From contig CAVNZM010000001.1 of the NCBI GenBank assembly GCA_963693365.1, positions 5,596,907-5,660,906 of the forward strand: a stretch of DNA of 64,000 nucleotides. Direction: 5' to 3'. Shown piece after piece: positions 1 to 9,475 of this stretch. Numbering within the stretch: the first letter of the stretch is position 1; each line of letters begins with the position of its first letter. The notes below the pieces were generated by a model. It was given only the letters and a program-made list of their open reading frames with translations. It ran no database searches and was not told the origin of the DNA. The position numbers and the translations under genes are program-made. This DNA is from Amoebidium appalachense (taxonomy: Eukaryota > Protista > Ichthyosporea).

Positions 1-462
1 GCAGGGGGATTCCAGGCATAATACATTCTTCTGGAGGCTTGGCCTAAAAAGAAAAGTCGTCACAGTCGCCCTTTCTTTTGTAAGCAACTTCGTGAGCGCG
101 CTTCGTGTTTTCATATCCTCCAGTGCAGGTCTGGATGGTGCCCCATCCTCTGCTTCATTTGTAGGTGGCCCTACTGTAGGTTCTGTTCGTTGTGTGGAAT
201 ACCAAAACCATTCGTATTCGTGGAACTGCTTTGTGCTGTACTTTCTTTCGTGTTGGTGTTCATGAAGTTACCCCATTCACACATCTACTACTTTCATACA
301 TCAGACGTAAGTAGCTGCCTGGGGGGTGTGTGGTTCGTGTTCGTGGCATTCTTCTGTTCCTTCGTGAGAAGAATATTCGTTTTAGCAGAGGTGCCCAATA
401 AGGCAGCTTGTGGGGTTGTCTCCCGCATGTGCCCATTGGTGGGGTATGCACGTGCTAAATTG

Positions 463-1100
463 TTACAGTGTCATCATATTGCAAGGGAATAACATGGTCA
501 CCTCCGTACCAGGGCCTAGGTACACATGATGGTCCGATGTGTTAGTCAACAACACCTTGCATTCGTATTCGTATTCGTCTTCCACGTCACTTTCTTCAGT
601 AGTGAAGGAGGGTATTCGTAATTCGAAACTGAAAGGCTTCCAGCCAAAATACTGACACTGTATGCTGGGGTTGTGAGGGAACGGTGCCCATACCACATTC
701 TTTTGTTCTGGTGGGGGTGTGCCGGCAGCTAGTGCAAGGCTTGACAGTGTAATTGGTATGTTACACAGTATTGCCACTGACGGGCAATCATCTTAAAATT
801 CGTACCCAACACCTTCTTTGTTTTTCACATGCATGAACAAAAGTTCTGCATCGACTTTATTACATGCCTTTTGTGCACCAAGAGTGCAAATTCGTTAGGG
901 CGTGGCACCAGGAAGGGCCGCCATACATGAGGCATATGTTCGTAATGTGTTTAGGCATGCCAGCATACATTCATGCGCATGTTGTGCATCCGTGCGCTAA
1001 ACTATGGGGCATGCTGTATTCGAAAACAGCAAGAAATTCGAAGCATGCATGCAAAACTACTTTCACAGCACCTTATGTCCTACATGCTATAGGAACAGCG
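463..1100 (-). pseudogene. Degenerate gypsy protease/post-protease region of element D
   Basis: Fragments in different frames (VKVVLH..EFLAVFEYS, KKVLGTNF, KVLLTNTSDHHVYLGPGTEV) resemble the PR and post-PR regions of A (FALFDTGAS, MIIGNDF) and B (IELVNPGIEPIVIRSGVSV). Stops and frameshifts present. Confidence 0.4.
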
Positions 1101-1708
1101 ACTATCTTCTTCTTTAAATGCATTCGTGCTGAAAGTGGCCGTGCATCTGGCTTGCGAGTGTGGACGTGCATGCGGTGGCATGGACACGATGGCAGTGTGC
1201 AATAGCGCAATGCACGCAAGGGCAACGGTTTTATTTTCTTCCTAACATAGAGGGGGCTGTGTGCATTGCAACCCAAGCAGTGTTGTGCATTCGTTCTTGC
1301 ATTTTCGTATTTCCAGTTCATTTTGCTTTCGTTTTTCGTTTTTTGTCGTTTGATAACTTCGTTACTTCGTTTTGTTTTGTGTTGCATTCATTTCGTATTT
1401 CCTCTATGCATTCGCTTGTCGTTAATTCTTTATTTCATTGCGTATTCGTGATGGTTCGTTTTTCGTTGGTTCATTGCTTCGTTAGCAATTCTTTATTCGA
1501 TTGTTCGTGTATTCGTTGTTTGAAAATTCGTTGTGTATTCGTTTTTCTTCACATTTTTGATGTGTCGTAGCAAAAGAAGTTTTACATGCTTTCAATTCTT
1601 TCCGTGTAGGTGGGCTGGCCACTTCAAACTTGTCGGTGTATATATTCTAAGCCGGACAAGGAAAGATGTGCCTATCATCGGGGTAAAAAGGATTGTGATC
1701 GGCCATGG

Positions 1709-1793
1709 GAGATTCTTGAGCTGATTGAAAGATGTGAGATTCTTGAACTGATTGAAAGATGTGAGATTCGAAGGATGCGAGATTCTTGAACTG
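1709..1793. repeat. 27-bp tandem repeat in the leader of element D
   Basis: GAGATTCTTGA(G/A)CTGATTGAAAGATGT at 1709-1735 and 1736-1762, followed by two partial units. Confidence 0.85.
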
Positions 1794-1832
1794 CGCGGTC
1801 GCCAATGTAAACAGTTGGCAATGTAAACAGTG

Positions 1833-1849
1833 TCCTGCCGCGGTCGCCA
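1833..1849 (-). promoter_or_regulatory. Canonical primer-binding site of D (3'-CCA end of a tRNA, probably Ser)
   Basis: Minus strand TGGCGACCGCGGCAGGA, 1 nt from the LTR end. Its complement TCCTGCCGCGGTCGCCA has the form of a tRNA T-stem/acceptor/CCA end. Ser identity is inferred from similarity to eukaryotic tRNA-Ser 3' ends. Confidence 0.8.
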
Positions 1850-1850
1850 A

Positions 1851-2330
1851 TGTAAACAGTTGGACTAGTTAGGATAAGGCAGAGTACAACTGAATCAAAA
1901 TAAAGACAGAGAACGGGTAGAAAGGCACACGCGGCCAGGTTGCTTTTACTATGGGCCGACTCAGTCTGTCTCAGACTTCACTGATGTGATCCCCGTACTG
2001 GGACGGCTTTCTTATATAGCCCCCAGGTTTCGGATCAAGGCCCAGGATTGGTTCATCCGCGGCCAGCGCGGGTGGCAACATGCCATTCGTGATTCTGGTG
2101 CGGTCCGAGCCAGTCAGACCTTTGTCCTATTTATGCAAACCTCTTATTGGTTCACTTCGTTTATGTGGTATGCAGCGGAAGAACCATATATGGTTCAATT
2201 CTTAGGTCAGAGTGAGTCCTATTGGTGCGGACATAATATTTATGTGATATTCATGACAAAGCACTAATCGTGTGCTAGTAGATCACATTCTTTAGTAAAC
2301 ATGTACAGTTCATGTGTACAGTTGTTTACA
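1851..2330 (-). repeat. 5' LTR of element D
   Basis: TG...CA ends with 8-bp inverted termini, minus-strand TATATAAG near 2011-2018 and several CCAAT boxes upstream of it. Confidence 0.8.
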
Positions 2331-2373
2331 CTTTGATTAAGGGACATGCACATGCACTACTGCAGGCACCAAC

Positions 2374-2601
2374 CTTGCGGGCCATTCCACCAAAGCGGGT
2401 GGCCACGGAAGAAATGCGCGACCGGACCACCGCCGAGTTGTTATCAGGGTCCACGGTGACTATGTAGCGGCCAGGCACCACCTGGGCACGGTCGCCCAGA
2501 GGAACCATCGGTGACCGGCCAGGGATGGCTGCTGCTGGCCCGGCGGCAATGGTGAGAACGGCGGCACAAGCGGTGGCAAGCGACATGGTGTTGGGAACCA
2601 T
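2374..2601 (-). CDS. Secreted subtilisin-like (S8) protease, exon 1 (signal peptide and start of I9 propeptide)
   Basis: Hydrophobic signal MSLATACAAVLTIAAGPAAA, then VVPGRYIV typical of the I9 inhibitor prodomain. Ends at an AAG|GTTGGT donor, with LTR D inserted about 40 nt into the intron. Confidence 0.7.
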
Positions 2602-2705
2602 TGTTCTTGCTTTACGAGAGTTGTGGTATTCAGTCGGTAAAAATGTGCATGCAAGATGGAACTTCGGCCTCAGGATTTTGTGTCGGCTTGCTACCGCTTG
2701 TGACT

Positions 2706-3519
2706 GGACCTGTGTGATCGGCTTGCCGCCGGGGGCTCGTCGGCCGTTGGTATGCGGTCAAATTCCTCGTATCAGTTCAACGATCTGTGTGATTAGACCT
2801 GGCCGGGCCCATCGCCACCCCGACGAGCCTGTCGGCCATAAAATGAGGTGTCGATTTCCATCCCGTCAGGGCTCGTCGCCAGTTAACGCTGATTGGCTAA
2901 AAGTTTTGGCGCGCTTAACATTGATTGGCTGTTTTTGGCGGCAGAGTTCACGCAGCCTTCATAAAGCAGCGACGCTGGCGGTTGAGGTCAGTTTGCATCG
3001 CCCGTTTTTCCAATAACACGACACCGCAAACATGAGTCAGCCTCAGTACACTGCACCCCAGCTTCGTGCCATTATTACGAGCGCAGCTGGGTATGACGGT
3101 TGGGTGGAGGAGCTGGCCCGTCTGGCTCGTGACCATGGCCTCTTTGACGGTCTGGTGGATGAGAATGGGCTCCCCCGGCGTGCTAGGTTGGAGGGGTGGC
3201 ACAACGAGCTTCAAACCTACACTAATGATGTTATAAACAGCATGTACAGCTTTACAAGCTCTTCTTCTGAGGGTGGCCACATTTTCTACTAATTTCTCGC
3301 CCACTTCGAAAGATGCTGAGAAAAAAACTGAAAAAACTGAGACAAAAGAAAAGCTGAAAATAGAAAAAACGTTCCCGAAAATGTGACAGGCCCGCTGGGT
3401 CGCCGAGCTTGACCGGCCCGTGGCTCACGCATCTGTCCTGCCGACAGGCTGGGCGGAGGCGCCGCCGGGCCCATCGACAACTGCCAGTGGCCCGGGCAGC
3501 GGGCTGATCACACAGGTCC
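2706..3519. mobile_element. Non-autonomous TIR element (PIF/Harbinger-like), 814 bp
   Basis: Perfect 14-bp TIR GGACCTGTGTGATC / GATCACACAGGTCC extending imperfectly to ~29 bp, 3-bp TSD ACT (2703-2705, 3520-3522), and a subterminal inverted motif AGCCTGTCGGC / GCCGACAGGCT. Confidence 0.8.
3032..3292 (+). CDS. Hypothetical 86-aa protein carried inside the TIR element
   Basis: ATG in a strong context (CAAACATG), protein-like composition, two ATTGG boxes and CATAAA upstream. No family recognised. Confidence 0.45.
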   Translation: MSQPQYTAPQLRAIITSAAGYDGWVEELARLARDHGLFDGLVDENGLPRRARLEGWHNELQTYTNDVINSMYSFTSSSSEGGHIFY

Positions 3520-3645
3520 ACTGATCAGCGGTTTGTTTGGCAGGCCGCTATTCCACCTAAGTCCATACGCCGGAAGTCCCCGCGCACCTGATTGGACAAA
3601 ACACGATCCGATGACGTAAAATCAGGGGAGAACGATTCGATCCCC

Positions 3646-4253
3646 TGTTGTATAATAAGATCGTGTGTCTGTGACAAACAATATGTTTATAAATGAACGG
3701 GGTTGACTAGACCACGCTTTGCTTAGTTACGTGCTAGTCCTACTTACACCTAGTAAGCCGAGCACACTGAGTGAGCTCTGAAGCCCCCGACATGCCCTTA
3801 TATCGGAGCTCGCACAGCGGCTCAGACATGCGCATCGGTATGTGCTTTTTGGCTACGAGAGCCAATCACATACGGTTCACGGTTCTGTCCCATGGCTATC
3901 ACGGTTCCAATAAACCTAGTGAGCCAATCGGGTGACAGTACTTGATTATCGATGCATTCCACAGTCATACCTCACGGCTACTTGCATATTTTCCCATGAT
4001 AAAACTATAACTTAACGCTCATGGTTCCTCTACTACGTGTCGGTCCCATGTGGCTATTATATCTGTTTTCCCATGAATAATCCTGCAAGTTGCACGTGCA
4101 CATATGTTTAACTCCATGCTCATGCGCACAAGACTGGGGGGGACATGCATACTGGCCTACCTAAGATCAAACACAGTGGTATATACATGTACACGTGTGC
4201 GTATATCTCAACCTGTGTACATCCATACTAGATATCCGGTATAATATACCACA
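3646..4253 (-). repeat. 3' LTR of A (608 bp)
   Basis: TGTTGTAT...ATACCACA. Matches 26690-27299 except one substitution and an AT indel (by eye). Preceded on the minus strand by the purine-rich GGTGGGGCG. Confidence 0.97.
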
Positions 4254-4293
4254 CGCCCCACCGTAAAAAGAAGTATGTCGTCCTCGACATACG

Positions 4294-5856
4294 TCACCAT
4301 GCTCCACACAATGAGTCAATGTATCCGTGGAACGATGCAAGGTCACCTCTGCGTTGGTGGAACTCTCGGATCTTGTCCGGGCAGGCTAAGTCTTTCTCAC
4401 ACTCCCAAGAGGTGAATGATTCATCTTTGCCTGCCCACTTGATCTGGTACCACTTGTAAGGGGTGGATTGCTTGCGCCGTTTCTGAATTCTTACGTCAAG
4501 CACCTTTTCCACCACCCACTCGTCCGGCAGAACCTTGTTGAAATTGTGACTATCGCCCGTGTCCGGGAGGTGAGAGAGATCTTGAGGCCGAATTCTATTT
4601 TGCTCACTCAATTCAAGCTGAATATCGTCCACGTGCCACTTAGATTTCTTCATAGTTGCTAAGCTTCGGATCTCGTACGTGACCGGGCCGACCCTTTTGA
4701 CGATTTCGTAACCCGTAATCCACCGTACATCCCAGGCACCGATATTTTTGGCTTGATTCCGAACACGTATCCGTGCACCCTTCTTAAATTCACGAGCCAC
4801 CGAGGGGCCTGGGGGCTCTCGTACGGCACGTTGCTGGACCACAGCACGGAGCAGAGGCAGACGGGCTAGTAACTCTCGCCGGTATGCCTTCCACTCTGGG
4901 TCCTTGAGTGCCGGGTGGTTACTGCTAAGAAGGGCAACGTCAGGGAATTGTGTTGCTTCTTGCCCGTACACAAGATAATACGGTGTACATTGCAAAATTT
5001 TGTGTGTTGTTGTGTTGTATGCATGTGTAACCACCGGCAACAGAGTGTCCCAATTAGTGTGCTCATAATTAACGTACTTTGAGAGTGCATTATTAATAAA
5101 TCTATGAGACCGTTCATTGGAACCGTTGCTTTGTGGGTGATATGCAGAGGTGCTCACTTGTGCAATATTTGCTATACGGCAAATCTCAATAATTAGCTCA
5201 TTGAGAAATTCTGATCCTTGATCACTCAAGAGTGTACGAGGGGGGCCGTGTATATAGCAAATTACATTCATGAGTGCATGTGCAACATTAACGGCATGCT
5301 TAGATTGGATGGGCACAGTGATTAAATACTTCGTTGCCATATCCATAAACACACAAATGAAAGTATTACCATTTTTCGTTACTGTGAACGGACCCATAAG
5401 GTCAACAGAAACACGAGAGAACATTTTTAAATTTTCGTATCTCTGTTCAAATGGCCTACTTCTCAAGTGTGGGTTATCGTTACGGCCTTGGCACTGTGTG
5501 CAGGCATTCACATAAGCAGTGATATCTTTGTGCATGCGTGGCCAATAATAATTGTATAATCTTTCGTAAGTTCGTTCAATGCCAGTATGAGCCCCCCGTC
5601 GTGCACACTTGTTAATAAATCAGCACGAAGGATTTCGGGCACATACAGGCAACGACGACCATCCTTAGCCACATGATAAAGCACGTCATCCTCTATCACA
5701 CACATTTGTGCTATTTTCTTAACCTTTTTGTATCCGAAATACTCAAGATTAAGACCGTGTGCAGCTCGTTCCCCCCCTGCCTGCCATTCCCGTTTGGCCT
5801 CGGCATCGAGGGAGGCAAGCCACCGTAGCCACGTGATTATATCCTTACACATTTTG
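4294..5856 (-). CDS. pol: Element A integrase with C-terminal chromodomain
   Basis: HHCC finger (H..H restored by +1 G in a G run near 5595; CTQC), DDE core (VDLMGP, SDQGSEF, NGSNER) and chromodomain WVVEKVLD..YQIKWAG..SWECEKDL. Confidence 0.93.
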
Positions 5857-6131
5857 TGTTGGAGTGCAGACTTACGCTCACTCCACAATATGTGTATGTT
5901 AGCTTTACAATTGGTTCCGTGTACACAGACACACGCTGACACTCGATCACCACATGCACATCTGCATAGTTGAGGAATGTTGCCAATTGTGTTTTGACTG
6001 CAAACGATTGGTTCACTGGTCCCAGAGATCTCTAAATGAAAGTAACCAATCCGATTAGCGCCTGGCATCCGGATTACATTCCAGACTGCTGCCCCACGGG
6101 TATATAAGCCACGGCTCTGCCAGGTGCAGAA

Positions 6132-6178
6132 ATGGAGTTCAGTCATGGAGTTCAGTCATGGAGTTCAGTCATGGAGTT
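6132..6178 (+). repeat. 13-bp tandem repeat (ATGGAGTTCAGTC x ~3.6) in the C LTR, downstream of TATATAAG
   Basis: Directly visible in both LTRs, about 30 nt downstream of the TATA box at ~6101. Confidence 0.85.
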
Positions 6179-6260
6179 AACACACTGAAAGCAGTAAAAA
6201 ACGGGTCAGCGCCCAAGCGCGCCACGACGACCCTAGTCACAGCGGACTCTACTTCCAACA

Positions 6261-6275
6261 GGGTTATGGGCCCAG
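6261..6275 (+). promoter_or_regulatory. Half-tRNA(iMet) primer-binding site of C
   Basis: GGGTTATGGGCCCAG is complementary to the anticodon arm of eukaryotic initiator tRNA-Met (CTGGGCCCATAACCC), the priming mode of copia-type hemiviruses. Confidence 0.9.
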
Positions 6276-6977
6276 ACACGACACCGCGGCCTCTAACTTC
6301 ACGTCCCCTACGACGCCTTGAACGGAGGAGCCAGAAACCGACTTCTAGGCTGTACCCTACACCCGCGAGCGTATTTCCGTGAAGTAGAGACTTTCGCTTC
6401 CACAAACTCCATCCGCAGCAGCCTGCGACATCAATGTGAACGTCAAGTATTCCACTTCATTGGCGGGGCACGCACCACAGTGGAATGCACACCCCGGTCT
6501 ACCCTGCAAGCAGCCACACTCACTCTCTCTTCTCTAGTGGTGTGTACACTTCTCCAATTGGGTAGGGGTGTTGGAGTGCAGACTTACGCTCACTCCACAA
6601 TATGTGTATGTTAGCTTTACAATTGGTTCCGTGTACACAGACACACGCTGACACTCGATCACCACATGCACATCTGCATAGTTGAGGAATGTTGCCAATT
6701 GTGTTTTGACTGCAAACGATTGGTTCACTGGTCCCAGAGATCTCTAAATGAAAGTAACCAATCCGATTAGCGCCTGGCATCCGGATTACATTCCAGACTG
6801 CTGCCCCACGGGTATATAAGCCACGGCTCTGCCAGGTGCAGAAATGGAGTTCAGTCATGGAGTTCAGTCATGGAGTTCAGTCATGGAGTTAACACACTGA
6901 AAGCAGTAAAAAACGGGTCAGCGCCCAAGCGCGCCACGACGACCCTAGTCACAGCGGACTCTACTTCCAACATTTTG

Positions 6978-7226
6978 TCCCCCCCTGTGCCATCATAATT
7001 GCTTCCTTTTGATAGCCGGCACCACCGAGTGCAGAAAGGGAGGGCAGGCCGGCTTGACTGAGTGCAGAAATTTGGGCACATTTCAAGCAATCTGGATCGA
7101 AAATGTGTGTGAATTCGAGTGCATCACCCCAATCAACAAACACTTCGGCTGGTTTCGAGCTAAGCTCGGATAAATCTGCTGTGAGAACCTCTTGTAATTC
7201 CTTTTTCACATCCCACCTTTCCAGTG
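6978..7226 (-). CDS. pol: Element A pol RH-IN linker fragment between the C and B1 insertions
   Basis: Removing B1 plus one TSD joins ...ILHENENI to PLERWDVKKELQEVL... in frame. Confidence 0.85.
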
Positions 7227-7231
7227 GTATG

Positions 7232-7947
7232 TGACATATACTAATCCGTCTCAGCAGATTAGCCTAAGTCTACGATCGAGATCGGGGGGGGGGGGGGGGG
7301 GGGGGGTGGCCCGGGTCCACAGATCATCAAGATCAAGTCCGGGGCCTCAAGATAGCTGTACAGCTGCGTGCATCTTGCCTCTGCCGGCGCAGGGCATTGG
7401 ACCACGTCAGCCGGGACAGCCGTCCAATAGAATTCTAATTAGTGTGTAGGATAGATCGTAGGAGGACTTAGGAATGTCATTGTTCGGGCAGAAGCCCTTT
7501 TGTAAGGATTGGCAAGGTTTGATAGTATATGTTGCCAAACGTATTTATATATTTAGATGTAGAGGAAAGGGGGGGAGGGAGGGGGGGGAGGATAGTATGA
7601 AATGTAGATTTAGACTCTGCGGTGCCACTAGGGGGAGGGTGAGGGGTGAGACTTGGATAAATATATTAGTTGAGTAGATCGACTTAGCTCGTGCAGGCGC
7701 ACGATAAAAGTAGATCGGAATGTTAATGGAATGTGGCATCGTAGGGGGCCAGGTGATGATGATCTTGTAGGGCACGGCCTTGATGGCCTCAGTCGTAACT
7801 TAGACTCAATCCGTACGGATCTAAGTTTGCCCGTCGGAGCCTGGTCTTAATAAACTTTACCGTTTTTCTGTACACGTTCGTTCCTTTTCGTGTGTGTACA
7901 CTTAGTAGAGTGCCGCGTCTCTAGTACACATACATTAGGATACGACA
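7232..7947 (+). repeat. 5' LTR of B1
   Basis: TGACATATAC...GATACGACA, TATA-like TATTTATATA at ~7542, AATAAA at 7849. Four copies in the window. Confidence 0.97.
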
Positions 7948-7959
7948 AGCTACACCTTT
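7948..7959 (+). promoter_or_regulatory. Atypical primer-binding site of B (AGCTACACCTTT)
   Basis: Abuts the LTR, has no TGG start, and shares AGCTACACC with the PBS position of A. Identical in B2 (20961-20972). Confidence 0.6.
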
Positions 7960-8035
7960 CTTTTAGTGCGGTTTTTCGCGCTAGGGTAACGCGGTGACAG
8001 TTCCTTCTGGGCTGTTGCTACACCTCAAACACACA

Positions 8036-8070
<35 letters not shown>

Positions 8071-8108
8071 ATAAACACAACCACACGAGTTAGGGCACAC
8101 ACCACACA

Positions 8109-9443
8109 ATGGCTAAGTTTAACGTAGACATGTTCTACGCATTGGCAGCGGAGGATAGCTCCCTGCACACACAGGTACCACAGGTTCATACACTAGACGT
8201 TAGACAGACCACAGCTTTCAGTTTTACACTCAAACACGACTCGGAAATCCCTAGGTGGCTTAGGACACTCCTAGCTAACACACCCACACTAGTGTTAGAC
8301 ACAAAGAAGGCCCCCACTGTGGCGGCCTCGTGCTTAATGATCAAACAGTGCATCGACCACAAAACAATGGCCGACTTATGCACCCTGATGGAGGAGCACC
8401 CGTACCGGGCCGAGCAGGCCCCCCAGGTGACGGCTCGTATATACGAGCAGCAGTACGACGAGGGGAGGGACGAGATGGTGTCCCGGACACTCGGCCAGAA
8501 ACGTCTGGCCGCACGGTTCATCCCCGACGACGAGGACGAGAACAGCACCGACGACGTGGACGGGGAGCTCGAGGCCTTCACACGGCCGGAAAACGAGCTC
8601 GAGTATACGGCCCGGCTCGTCGGCCGATACCTGACGGCCGACCGGCGCCGTACCTTCCGGGCCCAGCTCAGAGAATGGAAGTATACCTTTCCCACACTAG
8701 ATATGTCCCCCGTAGAAGCTCGTGCATTCTTTGAGAGGGAATATCGGGTCTTTGAGGACCTTTGTGAGTTAGCTGGTGACGTGAGTGATAGGGAAAAATT
8801 CGAGTTTGCTCGTAAGGCTCTCTCTGTAAACACAGACACTGCACGCATGTTTGGGGAGCATGATGATGTAGATGAGGTGGTGTTGCATGTTAAACGTCAC
8901 TTGCTTGCCATGCACGAGGTGAAGTTCAATAAGAGGGATAAAAAGGAGGTGATGGAAGTAGACAAGAAAAAGAAGGAGAGTGGACAGAAGGGGGAAAAAG
9001 AGAAAAAAGAGGGTGAACAGCCAGATGCACTCACCATGTTGGTCAAGCAGGTTGCCGAGCTCTCCCAGGCCGTCTTTTCTGGCCGAGGGGGCTTCGGCTT
9101 CCGAGGTGGCCGTGGCGGCGACCGGGGTGGACACGGCGGTCGTGGCCGAGGTGGACGTGGAGGACAACAGCAGCAGTTCACCGAGAGGTTTGCCCCTTAT
9201 CTTGCTCGTGGTGGTGGGCAGGGTAGAGGGAGGGGTGGAAATGGTGGTGAGAGAGGCCGAGGGGGGCAGGGGGGAAGGGGGGGCCGTGGTGCACACGGTG
9301 GGCCCCCCCAGCATGACCGGGCTCCCGGTTATGCTTTGCGCCAAGGTTTTGAAGTCCCCCCTGGCCCCTTCTTTGGTGCATGTTACTTTTGTGGCCGGCA
9401 AGGGCACTCTGCTGCATATTGCCGTAGTTACAAGAGCTATTGA
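8109..9443 (+). CDS. gag: B1 Gag (444 aa; RGG-rich region, CCHC zinc knuckle)
   Basis: Intact ORF after the leader, ending in CYFCGRQGHSAAYC. Nearly identical to 21113-22447. Confidence 0.95.
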   Translation: MAKFNVDMFYALAAEDSSLHTQVPQVHTLDVRQTTAFSFTLKHDSEIPRWLRTLLANTPTLVLDTKKAPTVAASCLMIKQCIDHKTMADLCTLMEEHPYRAEQAPQVTARIYEQQYDEGRDEMVSRTLGQKRLAARFIPDDEDENSTDDVDGELEAFTRPENELEYTARLVGRYLTADRRRTFRAQLREWKYTFPTLDMSPVEARAFFEREYRVFEDLCELAGDVSDREKFEFARKALSVNTDTARMFGEHDDVDEVVLHVKRHLLAMHEVKFNKRDKKEVMEVDKKKKESGQKGEKEKKEGEQPDALTMLVKQVAELSQAVFSGRGGFGFRGGRGGDRGGHGGRGRGGRGGQQQQFTERFAPYLARGGGQGRGRGGNGGERGRGGQGGRGGRGAHGGPPQHDRAPGYALRQGFEVPPGPFFGACYFCGRQGHSAAYCRSYKSY

Positions 9444-9475
9444 GTTCCGGGGGAGGGGGAAGCTGGGGTCACTGA

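Larger units (their letters stand above)
1..2330 (-). mobile_element. LTR retrotransposon family D, 5' portion (continues left of window), coding region decayed
   Basis: 480-bp LTR at 1851-2330 with TGTAAACA...TGTTTACA inverted termini. On the minus strand it is followed after 1 nt by a TGG-starting PBS, leader tandem repeats and broken protease-region-like frames. The second LTR and TSD are not in the window. Confidence 0.75.
5857..6972 (+). mobile_element. TRIM (non-autonomous copia-type LTR element, family C), 1116 bp
   Basis: Two apparently identical 404-bp LTRs (5857-6260, 6569-6972) with TGTTGGA...TCCAACA ends, TSD TTTTG, a 308-bp non-coding interior, PBS at 6261 and PPT GGGTAGGGG before LTR2. 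Confidence 0.95.

Noticed and set aside
3765-3780. Tf1-type self-priming for A via AGCTCA near the predicted TSS
   Set aside because: Only about 6 bp of complementarity, against 15 for the tRNA-Ala 5' end. Not fully excluded without TSS mapping.
5857-6146. N-terminal part of the 212-aa ORF and its twin at 6520-6858
   Set aside because: Antisense translation of the TRIM LTR, fused by chance to A pol.
6132-6178. Short direct repeats resembling a CRISPR array (also 1709-1793)
   Set aside because: No spacers, eukaryotic context; these are simple tandem repeats.
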